A stretch of DNA of 64,000 bases from Raillietiella orientalis (lineage: Eukaryota): assembly GCA_036172245.1 (NCBI GenBank), contig JAYWIR010000001.1:10540001-10604000 (forward strand). The letters are read 5' to 3'. The notes beneath the pieces are model-generated. The model was not told the DNA's origin. It worked only from the letters and a program-made list of their open reading frames with translations, and made no database searches. Each line of letters begins with the position of its first letter. Positions within the stretch are counted from its first letter, which is position 1. The position numbers were made by a program, and so were the translations under genes. Shown here piece after piece: positions 11,601 through 24,400 of this stretch.

Positions 11601-14600
11601 AAACCTGTTCTCACACCTTCGAAAGTTGAAAATGCTAAGCAGGAAAGGATTTCATCTTACCCGCACCGTTCCTCGCTGCCACGAAAGACCTTTTCGGACA
11701 TTCCGCTGCCCAAGGTAAACCTCGTGAAGAGTAATTCATCCTGCAGCTCATGCACTCATCCTCCAGCTCTTCAGTACATGTAGCTTGAGTGGACTTAGGG
11801 CTCTGAAAGGGAAATTATCTGCTCCCAATGGTGAAGAGGAAGGGGAAGGGGCAGCGCGACCGAGAAACTTGCATCTCTGATCTCCCCAAACGACCCAAAC
11901 AACAAAAGTGGTTGACTTTTCCAACGTGGGTCATGCGTCTTTGAGGGAAGAGTCATTGGTTCCCCATGAAAACAAAGAGGAGGGGAACATTCCCACTCTG
12001 AACCGTGGGTTCATTATTCCCCTTCCTTGCCTTCTTCAGCATCTATCTTCCGCGCGTTCTGGAAGAATTTTAGCGAAAAGAGAGACAGACGTCTTCTAGC
12101 AGGTTTCCCTCTGCCTATCAAGATGCCCAGCTTCATCGGCTTCCTCTTCCCACTTCCCTCAAGGAGAGACTTGGTCTGCGTTAGTGGTGAGGCATCCAGT
12201 CATCTCGGGGCGTTTGTCGCACCTCCCGGCAGGTACGAAAAAGGAAGCTAAAAGGATGCAGAGACTTGGGTTGCTTCCAAGGATCGAAGGATGCGCTGGC
12301 GAGAAGTCAGCAGATTCGCCTAGGGGAAGGGGATGAAAAAAAGAAGAAGAATCAGCTGCCTGATGAGGGGACAGGCGGTAGAAGGTCACCAGCAATCTCC
12401 TGAAGTCCTCTGCACAATCGTTCAGAATCCTGGCTAAGGTCTAACCTAGAGCATTCCAGCTATCACATTGCCGCGCTCAGTGCCCGCCCCAGTGGTCTCC
12501 ATGCGATGTTCCCCCGCGCCCGTGGCATCTTCGGCAGCGTCCCTATAAGCGTCGCAGAGGTAGGCTCACACATTCCTCCGAGGTCGTTTTGCATCGGCGT
12601 CTTCTCGCCGAGTAAACCAGTCGGGAGTCAGGCGGGTCCCCAGAGGGCAGGAAAGCACAAGGAGGAAATCGATGGGGCTCTAGTCCGGCCGCAAGAAGGA
12701 GCAGCGTGTGGTGTACGGGTGTCCCTCACCTATTTGTCTTCATCGGAATTCACCGCCCTCTCCTCCACACGCAGCCTACCCACGAGTAGGTGCACCTCCC
12801 TTCGAAGGCTTGAACGTGCGCGTTCATCGATCCCTAAGAATCGAACCGAAGTGACGAGACGAGGAAGAAAAAGAACAGCTTCCTCATCACGCATCTTTCA
12901 GGGGAACCGTGCATATCAGCGCAGCGGAGAAGGCAGCATCGGACGGGATGAAGTTTGGTCCTCTTGAGGGCGGGCGGACGTTGTAGTAGTCCTCCCGAAC
13001 GCCTGGGCGGGAAATAGAAGAGGGCGGCATTAGAATGGCCGCTGACCCTCCGCGGTTCAGACGAGGGGGAACAGAGAAAGCGGGCATTTTCGTTCAGCAT
13101 GTAGGGGGGAGCGATTTTCCCCGCCGCCGCCGCTACATTCTCTCTCCTCCTTGCGGACGCTCCTGGGACGAATGCTGCCCGACGCGGATCCTTCCCTGAA
13201 CGAAACGTCAGGGGACGATGCCGTCTCTTTTCCATATGCCCTCCCCAACAATCCTTTCGGGAAAGGGTTCCCTTCCCAGGCGGGCGTTCCTTGCTCATCA
13301 AAGCGGGATCCGGGAAGTCTGGCGGAAACCGACATCCACCAAGACTCGGGAACGCCCCCCAAGGCGCTGAGAGCTCAAACCGCGAGTTTCCGCCGCCGAA
13401 GAGCTCCACAGGCAGCGGGAGAGTGGCAGCGGCTTCCAGCGCAGTGGGAGGAGGGGAGAAGGGGGGAGGGCGGTTCTGCAGGACAACCCTTTCTCCTGCC
13501 CGCGTATCCGAGGAGAAGGAAGCGCCGAGGAGGCGCTTCCTCTTCCCGAGATCGCTGTTCTCGAGAGACCCGCCTTCTCGAATGACTCTGGGAAGGAAGA
13601 ATTGTGGCTCTTCGAAGAACTTTCTCTCCTCCCCCCAAATTCGGCGCCGTTCTTCGAGAGGTTTCGAACGCGCCAGAGGAAACCGAGGAGACGGGTGTGA
13701 CGCGTTCTTCGCCCCTGGAGGTGCATGAGAACCCCCTGCACCCCCCCCGAGGTCCCTCTTCTCTGTTTTCACTACGAGCACTCTCCTGCCTTCCTGATTC
13801 AAGTCTTTGACCTTTCTTTGCTCGCAGTCCTGTGATCTTGGTTGGCCCTGGGCCTCGTCCCTCTCCGCAGATTGTGCAGTGGGGAAAGCCCATCGGTTGG
13901 GGCACTGGGACGGAGGCGAACCTTCCCGGGACTGCCTCCCACTCTGCTGAAAAGGCAAGTTTCTCCTCGCCTTGCATCCAGGAGGAGCGCTGAATGCTGA
14001 GGGAAGCATGAAGTTCATCTGCTTTCCCGGAGGCTGTCAGAGCTTCCTTCGCCCACTACATCCCCGCCTGGGGTGGACCCCGTGACTGTTTTCCTGAGGG
14101 TACCCCCTCCTTTCCAATCGGTCGCCTATCTCAGCAACCACCGGTGCTATTATCTGACTGCTCCCATCTTCCCTGGGAACGAATGGCCTCCCCTCGCAGT
14201 CCACCTTCGGATGCTGCTCTCGCGATGGTCTCACTCTTCGCAGATCACCGCTGCTTGCTCTTGGCAGGAAGTGTCCGTCGAGCAGGCTACCGGTAGTCCC
14301 TGGGCCGGCACCCGCCGACAGGCATCTCCAGATCCGCATCATCAGATCGCTGAAGGCGTCAACAGCCAGCGGCATCGATCACTGGGAAAAGCTGACGAGG
14401 ATCGGCGCCGGCATCCGATGGCACGTCGAGGGCCGTGTGGATAAGCGGAGCACGGGAAAGCGCGCGTCACGCGTCGGAGAAGGCTCTGCCGCCGCGGGGA
14501 GGTGGGCGAGTGTCTTCATCCGCATGCACACGAATCTGGAAGGAGGATGACCTGGAAGCAGGGAGAGTCGAGAAATATCTCGCTGCGTCCCAAGTGACGA

Positions 14601-15469
14601 GAGAGGCCGCTGCTGAAGCCATGCATCCCCGCTCCTCAGCATCCTAACCCGCTGCTGCGCAACCAGACGATTTGCGTTCTTCGAAGGATACCGCTTTTAA
14701 GCACCACTCCTTCCCCTTCCTCCCTGCTTCTCTCTTCCGTTCCCAGAGCCTCCGGCATCGCGCAGGAGAGAGACGAAAGTTCTTCCACGAATCGGGGACG
14801 TCTTTCTCCAGAAACAAACGGACTGCGGGAAGTTCCCAGACTCCATCCCCTGCGGCTAAGGGAGGCTTTAACACGTGCTGGGACGGCTTCTCATCCATTG
14901 TGCGGGAATGCGGGATTTCCTGCAGATGGCACGAAGCCAGAGCGCGCCACCTTGCGACGTGGAGGCACCTCGATGGCGGGGTTGCTGCAACGCGCCTTCG
15001 AGATCCTCCTTCATGAGCTTCATCGTTTGACTCAGGATTAGGACGGAGAGAGGGGGCATCCATCGTTTGGATACCCGATGAGCTTTGGGTGCTTCTTTGC
15101 AGTCAGTCTAGAGGAGAGAGTTCGTTGCCTCTGCCGACCCCACCGCCCGCTTCCCTCCGGACGTCTCTCCTGGGTTGCTCCGCTTCCTGAACCCCTCTAG
15201 GCAGCAGCGCCACACGGAAGCTTTCTCGCGTCCGTCTCCGAACGAGCTGCTACAACTGCAGGATGAAGCGACGCCGTTGCGCCCGCACCCGCTTCTGGAC
15301 CGTGGTGCGTCCTTCCGCGGGGGCGGAAACGCCCGGAGACGGCGTCTCCAGCAGCTGTCTCCTGCACGCCAGTTTGGAGTGTCCTCGCGACAGGGCAATG
15401 TCGGCTGGAAACCTGGATCGTTCGAAAAGAAAACGGGAAATGATTCTCACCGTTTCCCGATGGATGGGT

Positions 15470-16140
15470 TTCCTTTTTTTTTTTTTTTGGTTCGCCAAGT
15501 GCTCAGGGATCGTTCGCCTAGGGGCTTACGAAGAAACTCTTCAAGAACTGGCCACGCTACCCGAGGGTGCGTGTCAATCCTTCAAATTAAGGGATACCCC
15601 GGGAAGAGACCACCCTATGAAACCAGGAAGGACTCCAAAGGAAGGAACCCGCTCCTCTCATGCTTGAGAGGGAACCCTAAGGGAAGAACCTCTTCCTTTT
15701 CTCCGGAGGGCACCCCCAAGGAGACCACTTCTTCTTGGTGCTCCTCTGAAGAAAATTCCGAAGGGATGCTTCCCATTTTCTCTTAAGGGAGCTTTCCGAA
15801 GGGAGCAGAACCCTACTTCACACTCTGAAAAGGTGTCAACCAGTTCCATGGTATGCAATGGTACGAATACGTCTCCACCACCGGAAGGAACTGTCGCTTC
15901 TTGGTTCCTGGAAGGACCCCGAAGAGTCGACTTCCAATCCCGGCCATTCAAGGGGACATCCACCAGTGCTTTAGGTTTTCACCAGTGCCGCACACGAATG
16001 TAGGCCAACCAGAGTCATCTTGCGGGGGGGGAACTCGAAACCTATGACACACCTATTTCTCCGGCGTCCATCCTTCCCCCAGGCAGGATTCAAACTCGAA
16101 GTGCTTGGCACCATGCTCGCAGACAGTGGCCGCACTGCCG
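15470..16140 (-). mobile_element. SINE-like repeat, near full-length copy
   Basis: T-tract + GGTTCGCCAAGTGCTCAGGGATCGTTCGCCTAGGGGCT through CACCAGTGCCGCAC to GGCAGGATTCAAACTCG (B-box, reverse complement). Confidence 0.8.
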
Positions 16141-17449
16141 CCAAAGCTGGAGTTTCTTGTGGTCCCCGCCTGCCGAGACACAGTGGCTGGCATCCCCCGC
16201 TTCAAAGAACACCTCAGCGTGCCATTATGGATGGGAGAAAGTTCCTCCTTCCCTTCCCGCTTCTCATGCTCGAACGGCGCCCCAGGGGAAGAGCGATTTT
16301 CCCTAGACTTTGCTCTACTCCGCGGGCCGCATTTCAGGCCTCCTCTCCCGTGACACCGTGTGAAGAGTGCAAGCGGTGTTTCGCCCGTGGTCCTGTCCTG
16401 GTTTCCTCCACATCCCCAATGCTCGATCCCCTACAGGCGCAGCCGCCACACGGGAGCGTTTTTCGCTCCCCGTACCACCCTCAGAAAGGTAACAACCAGC
16501 CTTCCAGAAAGCCGCGCTCACCGGCTTTGCTTCAGGACGTGAGGTCTCCTCACGAAGAGCATCAAATTCTCGACCTAGAAGGAACAGGTAAATAAAAGAT
16601 CCATGAATAATCAATGCAGCCTGCTGGGGCAAAGTTAAATTAAAACCCATGTAAAGGACGAGCAAACAAGGAAGCATTGCAGTTCGTTCCTCGGGAATTA
16701 TGTTGACACCAAAGTCAATTTTCATCTGTTTTCTTGCACATGAAAAATCAATACTGCAACTTGGAAGACCTGGACTGCATTCAAATTAATTTTTGGAGAA
16801 ATAGGCATAAAGTAGCAAAGAAGAGAACAGGGAAAAGAGGGCCGACAATGAAAATCGTCGTGGACATTACAAGAACCGAAAGCAAAGGATTAAAAAGACA
16901 GCTGGTGAGATTCTTTTAGAGACCCAGAAAGAGAGAGCGAGAGAGAAAAAATATCTGCATTTTCGAACGAGGTTGCTTCCCCTGGAAAGACAGATATCTG
17001 CAACACCCATTCCTGGGACCAGTTTTGTCGCGGGACAGAGATGGACAGCGCGTCCCGAAATGAGTCTCGCTGCACCTGCACGGCATTCCTGGAGCTCTGC
17101 TCCCCAGCGCGTACCACTGCAGCTCGCTTCCAGGTTCCCGGAAAACCTCCTCCCTCGTTCACGCGAAACAAAGGACATGAACGCGGATCCTTGATTTTCT
17201 GTGAGAGAGCGGCAAGTGGGGAAGGCACCAGGGAAATGCAGTGACATTCCCGACAGCAGCACGGTGATGCGAGGGGGGGGTTGGGGGCAAGAGAATTTCC
17301 TGCCCGGAGGAGGCGAAACAACGAAACCACTTCGATTCCAACCACCCTCCAGGTGACTGGGTGTGTAAGGGAGTGGGGATGAACCTCAGATAAAGAGGAA
17401 TTTTTCCCCTTCGAAATTCCTGAAGTCTGAAGTAGAAATGAATTTCCGC

Positions 17450-18450
17450 TCCAACGAAACTCTGATCCCGTGTTGAGGCAGTCAATCGCGGAATTGTCAG
17501 AGCATCCGAATAGCAAAAGAAATCTTTGAGAAGTCAGATGCTGGCGAATTATTTGCTTCCACTGTGCGGGGAGTTGCTTGTAACTCGACACCATCCTAAA
17601 ATACGATACAGTAAACACAGCATCGGCACGAAGAACGTGCTCGACAATCACGGGCAGCCATTACAGATGTCTCTCTTTTGCGTTGAGGGTGATCTGATTT
17701 ATTGTTTCTCTGAAGAGTAGGAAATGGAATTTTCTATCTCCTTCTTCCACCGAATTAGAAACCGCCTTGAAGCGTCTGAATGCTGCGCGCAGAAAATTCT
17801 CCACGTCAAAATATAAGGTCTGGCTGAGTCTAGAGGCAGCAGCTTCATTCCTTCTACAAGGACCTCACCCAAAAACTTAATTTCCATCCGGGCACTTTAT
17901 GGCTACTCCCTTGAACGAAAAAGCTCCCAGGTTACACTCGCTCGCCTCTTCCATCCTCAAGATTACGGTACAGTTGTCACAAGGCACAAAGATTCATTTT
18001 AACGAGATCATCGATCGGATCGCTCCTTGCACAACTTCTTGTACGTCTTTCGGCAACTTCCCTAGGATGTTCCCTTTCCATTTTAGGTTCTGGCCAAAGA
18101 AATTGAAATTATTTCAGAAGGTTGAAAAAGTCATGTTTTCTCGCAACCATGGTCGTCTTATTTATTCCTCTTTCCCTTGGCTAGTTCTCGAGTTTTACAT
18201 GTAAAATAAATTCGTAGGGAAGGTTTTCCCGTCAATCATCAGTTTCTAAATTCCATTGGTTGACTGGAAAAGGTCATATGGCTCGCCAGATAAGTTTATG
18301 GGCGAGCTTCTCATGGAATCTCTTGAAATGCTCACTCTCAAACGGCCAAGTTTAAAACCAAAATATTGACCAGAGTCAGGTGACGCATATGAAGCTGTCC
18401 AATGGGATCGAATGCTAGTGTGATGAAGAGACCAATCAGAACAGGATTGG
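17450..18450 (-). pseudogene. Unidentified decayed coding relic
   Basis: Lower-GC block whose minus-strand frame gives protein-like stretches (e.g. TLYFDVENFLRAAFRRFK...VIVEHVLRADAVFTVSYF) broken by stops. Confidence 0.25.
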
Positions 18451-18671
18451 AGTGAAAACTACCTAGTGGACGAAAAGGAGAGCAAGTGCAGAATTCACAG
18501 TCTCCGGGAAACAGTCGATAGTCACAGGCGCCATCAAGACAGGTGCATCCCTGGCTTCGAACTTCACCTTTGCACCACTTCCCAAAGAACAAAAACAAAA
18601 AAGGGGGAGCACGAGACGAAGACTCGTGAAAACTCTTAACGCAAGGACAACCTCTTTCTCGCGACGCAAGC

Positions 18672-18986
18672 ATCGGTACTCTGGCGAGACTAGACGAGCT
18701 CGTAACGAAGTCTCCGACGCAGCGACGGGAACGTTTCCCTTCCCCCTGATGGCGCAACAATCGGTACCCTGGCGAGACTCGATGTGTCCGAAGAAGTCTC
18801 CAACGCAACGACGGAGCGCTTCTCTTTCCTTTGATGACACAACAATCGGTAGCCTGGCGATACTCGGCGTGCTCGAAGAAGTCGCCGACGCAACGACGGA
18901 GCGCTTCTCTTTCCTTTGATGACACAACAATCGGTAGCCTGGCGATACTCGGCGTGCTCGAAGAAGTCGCCGACGCAACAATCGGT
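18672..18986. repeat. 85-bp minisatellite, about 3.6 copies
   Basis: ATCGGTA units start at 18672, 18760, 18845 and 18930 (periods 88, 85, 85). The last unit is cut after 50 bp and followed by another ATCGGT at 18980. Confidence 0.9.
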
Positions 18987-21199
18987 GCTCCAGGGAAACG
19001 GGACAGGGAGATCCCAGCACGGAAGTAGACAAGCAACGGGAACGTCCTACGCCGCCCACGACGTAGCAGCAATCCAGTGCTCACGAGGCAAGCCGATAAC
19101 AGGAGTTTGCTTCAGGCAGTGCTCCAGCCGGTTCAGCGGCAGCTGGAAGCCTGGAGATGCCTTCAAAGATCGCGGCAGCGCAGACGGGCGATGACGCCGT
19201 CGTCGAGGCAGAAGTGAATTCCCCGGAGCGGAGCGGCATCCGCGGGCGGCAGCGGACTCAGCCGAAGGTCATCTGCCGCTGCTCGGAAACCTGCCGAAAC
19301 AAAGGTGGCTCTGGAGGAAGCAAAGCGGGGAAGGGTGGGACCTTTTGCGTGGAGAAAGTGAAAGGAGCGAACAGAGCGCGCAAAAGGCGGGCGAATCCGA
19401 AACAGGATCTCGCCTTTCCTTCCCGGTCGCTTTCGGAATTCCTGCCGGGAGACGCTCCCCGGAAACCTCCGGAGATCTCTCCCCCCGCCGCTTTCTGAGT
19501 GCGCGCTCTGCCGGCACGCGCGCTGGCGCGTTCGAGATTCGCCTGCAGCCGCTGTGAGAAGCAAAGGGGTCCTCCCGGGAAGACGGCATGCATCCGCCTC
19601 CTCCGCTCCCCTCCATTCTCGCGGGAGTAACGCGGCAGGAAACGACTGAAGCTTTTGCCCCGAGTTCCAGCCCCGAGGAGCACCCGTTGCTTGAGCGTTC
19701 ATTGCAGCTTTCTTCACACCGTCCGCCGAGGAGCGAGGGCCCCGAGAGAAGGAGGCAGTAGGGAAGAAGAGAGGATGGAATAGATTTTTTCCATTTTTTT
19801 TTTTTTTTCCAGCAGTCTGCTGGGGCACACTGAGGCCGCTGATGACCGGGCAAAGTGGAAGTCTTGAATCTCTGGAAAGGGGAGGATGTTCTGCGGAAGG
19901 AGGTCGCCTCTGGAGCTCAGCGATCCTCACGCCGAGGCGAACCCAACGAGGATGCTCGCTCCCTCCCTTGTGGCCGCTTTTGTATCCGGTTCCGGGAGTC
20001 TACATCCCTCTCGCTCCCCTTTCACCGGGAGAGCTTTCCGCGTCTCGAAAGCGATCTTTTTCCGTTTCCCGCAGGGTCTCGGGCAGGAGAAGGGAGGGCT
20101 CCTTCCGTCCTCCTCTGGGTGTGCCTCTTTCTCTTCCTCACTTTCCCCTCCCCTATGCTCCTACGAAGCGTCCTGCGTAGAGGGAGGGGGTAATACGGAG
20201 CGGATGAATCCGCCGTTGGCCACTCCCTCCCGGGGTGAGAAGGGGGAACTTCTTCTCCGCCATGGGGCCACCCTTTCTCGCAATTAGTCCTCGGTGAGCT
20301 TGGGACTCGGGAAAAGATTCTCCAAGCCCCCCTTCCCTTCCCCCCTCTTCCTCCATCCACCCTTGGCAGGGGAGCAGGAGTCTCCTTGCCGAAGGGATCG
20401 ACGCTCTCGGTCGCAAGTCCGCCGACCTCTGACTGACCTCGTCCGCACCTACGAGGGGCGTGGGAGCTTTCCCCGTCCCTCCCGGATACCTGAGGCGGTG
20501 TCATCTGCGGGCCCCGTTGCCACCTCGAAGTCCAGCGCTATGGAGACGCGCGTCTTCTTCACCACCGCGCCTCGGGAGGACGACGAAGGGCATGACGAGC
20601 TTCCTCACGTCCCGGGGCCGGGCCGCCCGGGGCCGCAACTGCCGTTTCGAAGGAGGCCTCCTACGGAAGGTCAGCGAGGGATGGGGTCGCTCATACTGCC
20701 ATCGCCGGACCGGGATCGTTGGCTGTAGGGACTTCGTCGCCGTGGGGAGAGCAGAGCCTCCCACGGCGAGTGACACTCCGGTGCCTCTCTGCTTCCCGTC
20801 AGGAAGCAGCGCCTGAAGCCGAAGGCGGCCCCGACGGAGCCTGTCCCTCCGGCCGGTAAGGGCGTCTTTGCCGGCGGCGCCTTTGCCTGGCTCCCCCAAC
20901 TCCGGAGGAGGCGGCCTCCCCCGTGCGCGTTCCTCTCATCCCGAAACCCCCGCCCTGCGGTGCGAGATCTCTCTCCGGGAGGCACTCGGCGTGGGCGGCC
21001 TCTGCTTTCGGTCATGCGAGCCCTGTGGCTACTTCCGGGCGAGCCTCAGCGGGCCGGCGGCCCCTCCTTTCCAGGTCGCGCGCGTGCCTCCGGCTTGTCC
21101 CTCCAGGTTCCCCTGTTTCGGGGGAAAAAAATCCCTGCACGGGGACAGCGCGCGCGCGCTCCCCGCTCCCAGGAACGCCTGCGTGCGCCTGTGCGAGTT

Positions 21200-21477
21200 C
21201 GCCGTGCTCCTCGCTTTTCCTCCCTCCTCCTCCCCTTCTCTCTCCCTTTCCCTCTCCTCCTCCTTCTCTCCCCATCTCTCCCCTCAGTTCCCGCCGGCAG
21301 CCGAGTCCGGAGGATCCTATTGATTCCCGCTCTACTCTGTTCTCCCGGCACCTACCGCGTCGCACGTAGCGTTCCCGTCTTCCCGACGATGCGTTTCCTC
21401 CCTCGAAGGGAACGGAGGCGGCAGCAGGGAAGATTTTCGGCTCCGAGGAACCCGGCAGATCGCCCCGCGAGGTAAGT
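21200..21477 (+). promoter_or_regulatory. Candidate core promoter and non-coding first exon (Inr TCAGTT 21284-21289; donor GAG|GTAAGT at 21472)
   Basis: Very GC/CpG-rich block (~20400-22100) with a long CT-rich tract, an arthropod initiator consensus TCAGTT and a perfect 5' splice site about 185 nt downstream. Confidence 0.45.
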
Positions 21478-24400
21478 TTTCCTTCCTGTCGGGGGAGATG
21501 CCCGCAGGCGGTACCACATAAGTGGCCCCGGGAGCGAAAGCCAACCCCCCGACCCCGCTAGGAGCGGGGATGGGGGAGGGGGGTCACCTGGGCGCGCGGC
21601 CGGGTGACCCGGAGGGAGCTCGCAGGACCGAACCTGGCACTCTGCGAGGGCGGAACGGGAGCGCGCGGACGGAGATGGAGTATGGGGGGAATGCACCCTT
21701 TTTCGCGTTCCCGCGGAGTTTTCTCCCCCTGGGCACCCATAGCCCGGAGGCCGTCCGCGCGGGGTCGGGTCGGGTGCGCGAGGATGGGAAGGTCTTCCTG
21801 CCTTTGCCCTCCAGATCGGGTAGCTGGTCCCCCTGCTCCGGACTTCGGGATTCTCGGCTGCAGAGTATCTCTCGGAGCCACCGCGCTCTCCGAGCGGCTG
21901 GAAGAGGAGGCTCGGCTGACCAAACTCGGAGGGCATGAAGTGCCTCCCTCCCCCGCTTGCGCAGCCCCCGCGAGTGCAGGTGCGTGTCCCTCTCTCCTCC
22001 TCCCCCCTCCCGCTCACTCTCGGGGCCGAGTCGTCTCCAGGTTAGAGGGAGGCGCGCTCGTCAATGCGGGTCTTTCCACGTGGACTAGCGTCGCTCGCGC
22101 GAGGTGGAGAACCTCCCCGTCTGACTCTTTTTGAGATCACAAGCTGATGGCTCCACCCATCGAAGTATCGATCGCGTTGCCTAAAAGCCATTCGTGGAAA
22201 CGCAACACGGGGGCTTCCATAGAGAACCCCCCAAAAAAGGAGCCAAGGAGCACAGCGCAGTGGGATCCGCGAGCCGACCAGCATCCTTCGGTGGATGCCG
22301 GAGGATGGTCTCGTCAGACCCCCAGAACCCCTGAGGCAGCGTGGCATCTGCACGCCTCCCGCATCCATGGAGTTCTTCCTCGGCGGACCGCCGCACGTCC
22401 GTTCCAGAGGTGCACCGCGAGACCCAGTTTTGCGCCGACCGCTTTACCACCTCAAGTGAAACCACTCAGCATCCGCTGCATCCACTGGAAGAAAATGGAC
22501 GTGATAAGCGCATTCTGATTCCACCCGTCCAACCATTAGGCGAGTCCATCGAGTAAATCCATTGGAAGATGAACGAAAGAGATGCGAACTCGGTTTTGGC
22601 TTCCCCACCAACGTTCCCATAAAAGACTGCGGACCCGAGGAATCCATGGCAACCACCTTTCGCGTCGCGATCGTTGAAGTTCACCATCCCCAGTGTTCTT
22701 TGTCTTCCTTTGCTGCTCAAAAAGATCGGGCACGGTCGTCCCTAAAGAAGCCCTCTTAATAGCCCCATCTCCGTATTCAACAAATGAAAAGATCTGAATT
22801 CAAATGCAAGTGTCGTCGGGTGGTTGAGAACCTCCCAGATAGGAGGCCACTTACAATTGAACAAATTCTGGAGCCGCACGAAATGAGTGCCGCGTGGTCT
22901 GCCCTTCTTTCATTGCTGCTCTCTGCTTTGCCTGTTCGTGCGATGCACACCACGATTCTGGGGAGGGTGTGCAGCCTTGCATGTCGGTCCGGAGTCGAAG
23001 AGGGGAAAGGGAGGAAGTGAGGTCGATGAAAGTTCCTGGTCCCGCTTTCCAGGGGTGTTTGGTTCGGGGTCGTCGGCCACAACCGGCGCGCCGATGGTGA
23101 CGCGATGAACAGCCGACCGCTGGAGTCAGCCGACCGTGGGCTGAGAAAGGCCAGCCTGTCAAATCGTCCGGTCACCTGTGAACGTTGCGGGCGAGGTGGA
23201 TCGGGAGCATCGGCTCAAGAGCACACGGGAAAGGATCCTGAGCTGAGCTCTGCAACGGTAGCTCGCGCACGTAAGAGGAAGTAAGGACGGCCCGCGGAGG
23301 GAGTGGCTGCTCCTCGAGCCAGAAGAGTCCGCCGTGGCTTCCGCAGAACTGGGATCGGGTTGAAGCAGTCGGAGAAGACTCAGGCGCTTGACCGACGCGA
23401 CCCGACGGGGTCCAAAGATCCATCTCTGATTGACTTTCGTGCGGTACTGCAAGCAGCGCCAGCCGACCAAGAGAAATTCCGACAGGTGGCGGCGTCCCGA
23501 TGGGATGAAGAGCGCGGCCAGGAACCGGAAATAGACACATGCCTGCCGGCCGGGTGGCTGCAGCGCAGGGAGAAAACTCGGGCTCCACGAAGATGATGAG
23601 GGCGCAACTGCACATTCCCCCCTAACGAGGACTAATCCCTTTCGAACGAAAGGCGGCTGGGAGAAGTCGAGAGGGTCTCCGCCCAGGGAAGGTGTCGGAT
23701 GTTCTGACACTCGGCGTCACCGGATGTGGGAGGGGCTTCAAGGCGAAGTGAAACGAACCTTGGAGCTTTCACGTGCACGAACTCTCATTGAACTCTTTTC
23801 CGGGAAGAACAGGACGCACTCCTGCATTTTTGCCTTCAGGATCCGGCGAAGGGGTGGCTCCAGCTCCAAAGGAGGGGAGTGGGGGGCCCCCCACCTTGGC
23901 TGGCCTGCGAGGAGGAGGAGAGCCTTTTCTGGACGAGGCGTCGTGACCCGCAGGGAACACTCGATCGATGGGCGCAAGGGGTTGCGCCGCGTCTTGGAGC
24001 GCGCCGCGTACGGTCGTCGAAGAGTCGACAAGCTCCCGCTTAATCGAGACCGACGTCCCGAGAAATTAGTGCTCACGCCCAACTCCAAGGGAAGATTTTC
24101 AGATTCCCGCATCTCTCACCAGCCGAGCTCAATCAGAAAAAGAATGGCTCGCGCTAGAAAATTTAATCGACTTTCCAGTAACAGAAAATTAGTTATGGAG
24201 ATGATAAGAGCAGAAATTGGAAAAAAAAAAAAAACACGCGTGCGCGCTCCCGAACACACAGTAGGCAAAGTGGTCGCCGCTCTTAGAACGAGCGCGCGAA
24301 CTCTGCGCGCACGAAAACGCAGGTCACGCAGGCAGGGTGTGCTAAAAATTTCGACAGGAAATTCTCTTGCACTCAGAATCATAGTTCGAATGAATCATAG

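Noticed and set aside
12834-14018. 394-aa minus-strand ORF
   Set aside because: No domain motifs, and multiple overlapping ORFs in all frames indicate stop-codon scarcity rather than coding.
18672-18986. CRISPR-like array
   Set aside because: Whole units repeat with no unique spacers, there are no cas genes, and the context is eukaryotic. It is a minisatellite.
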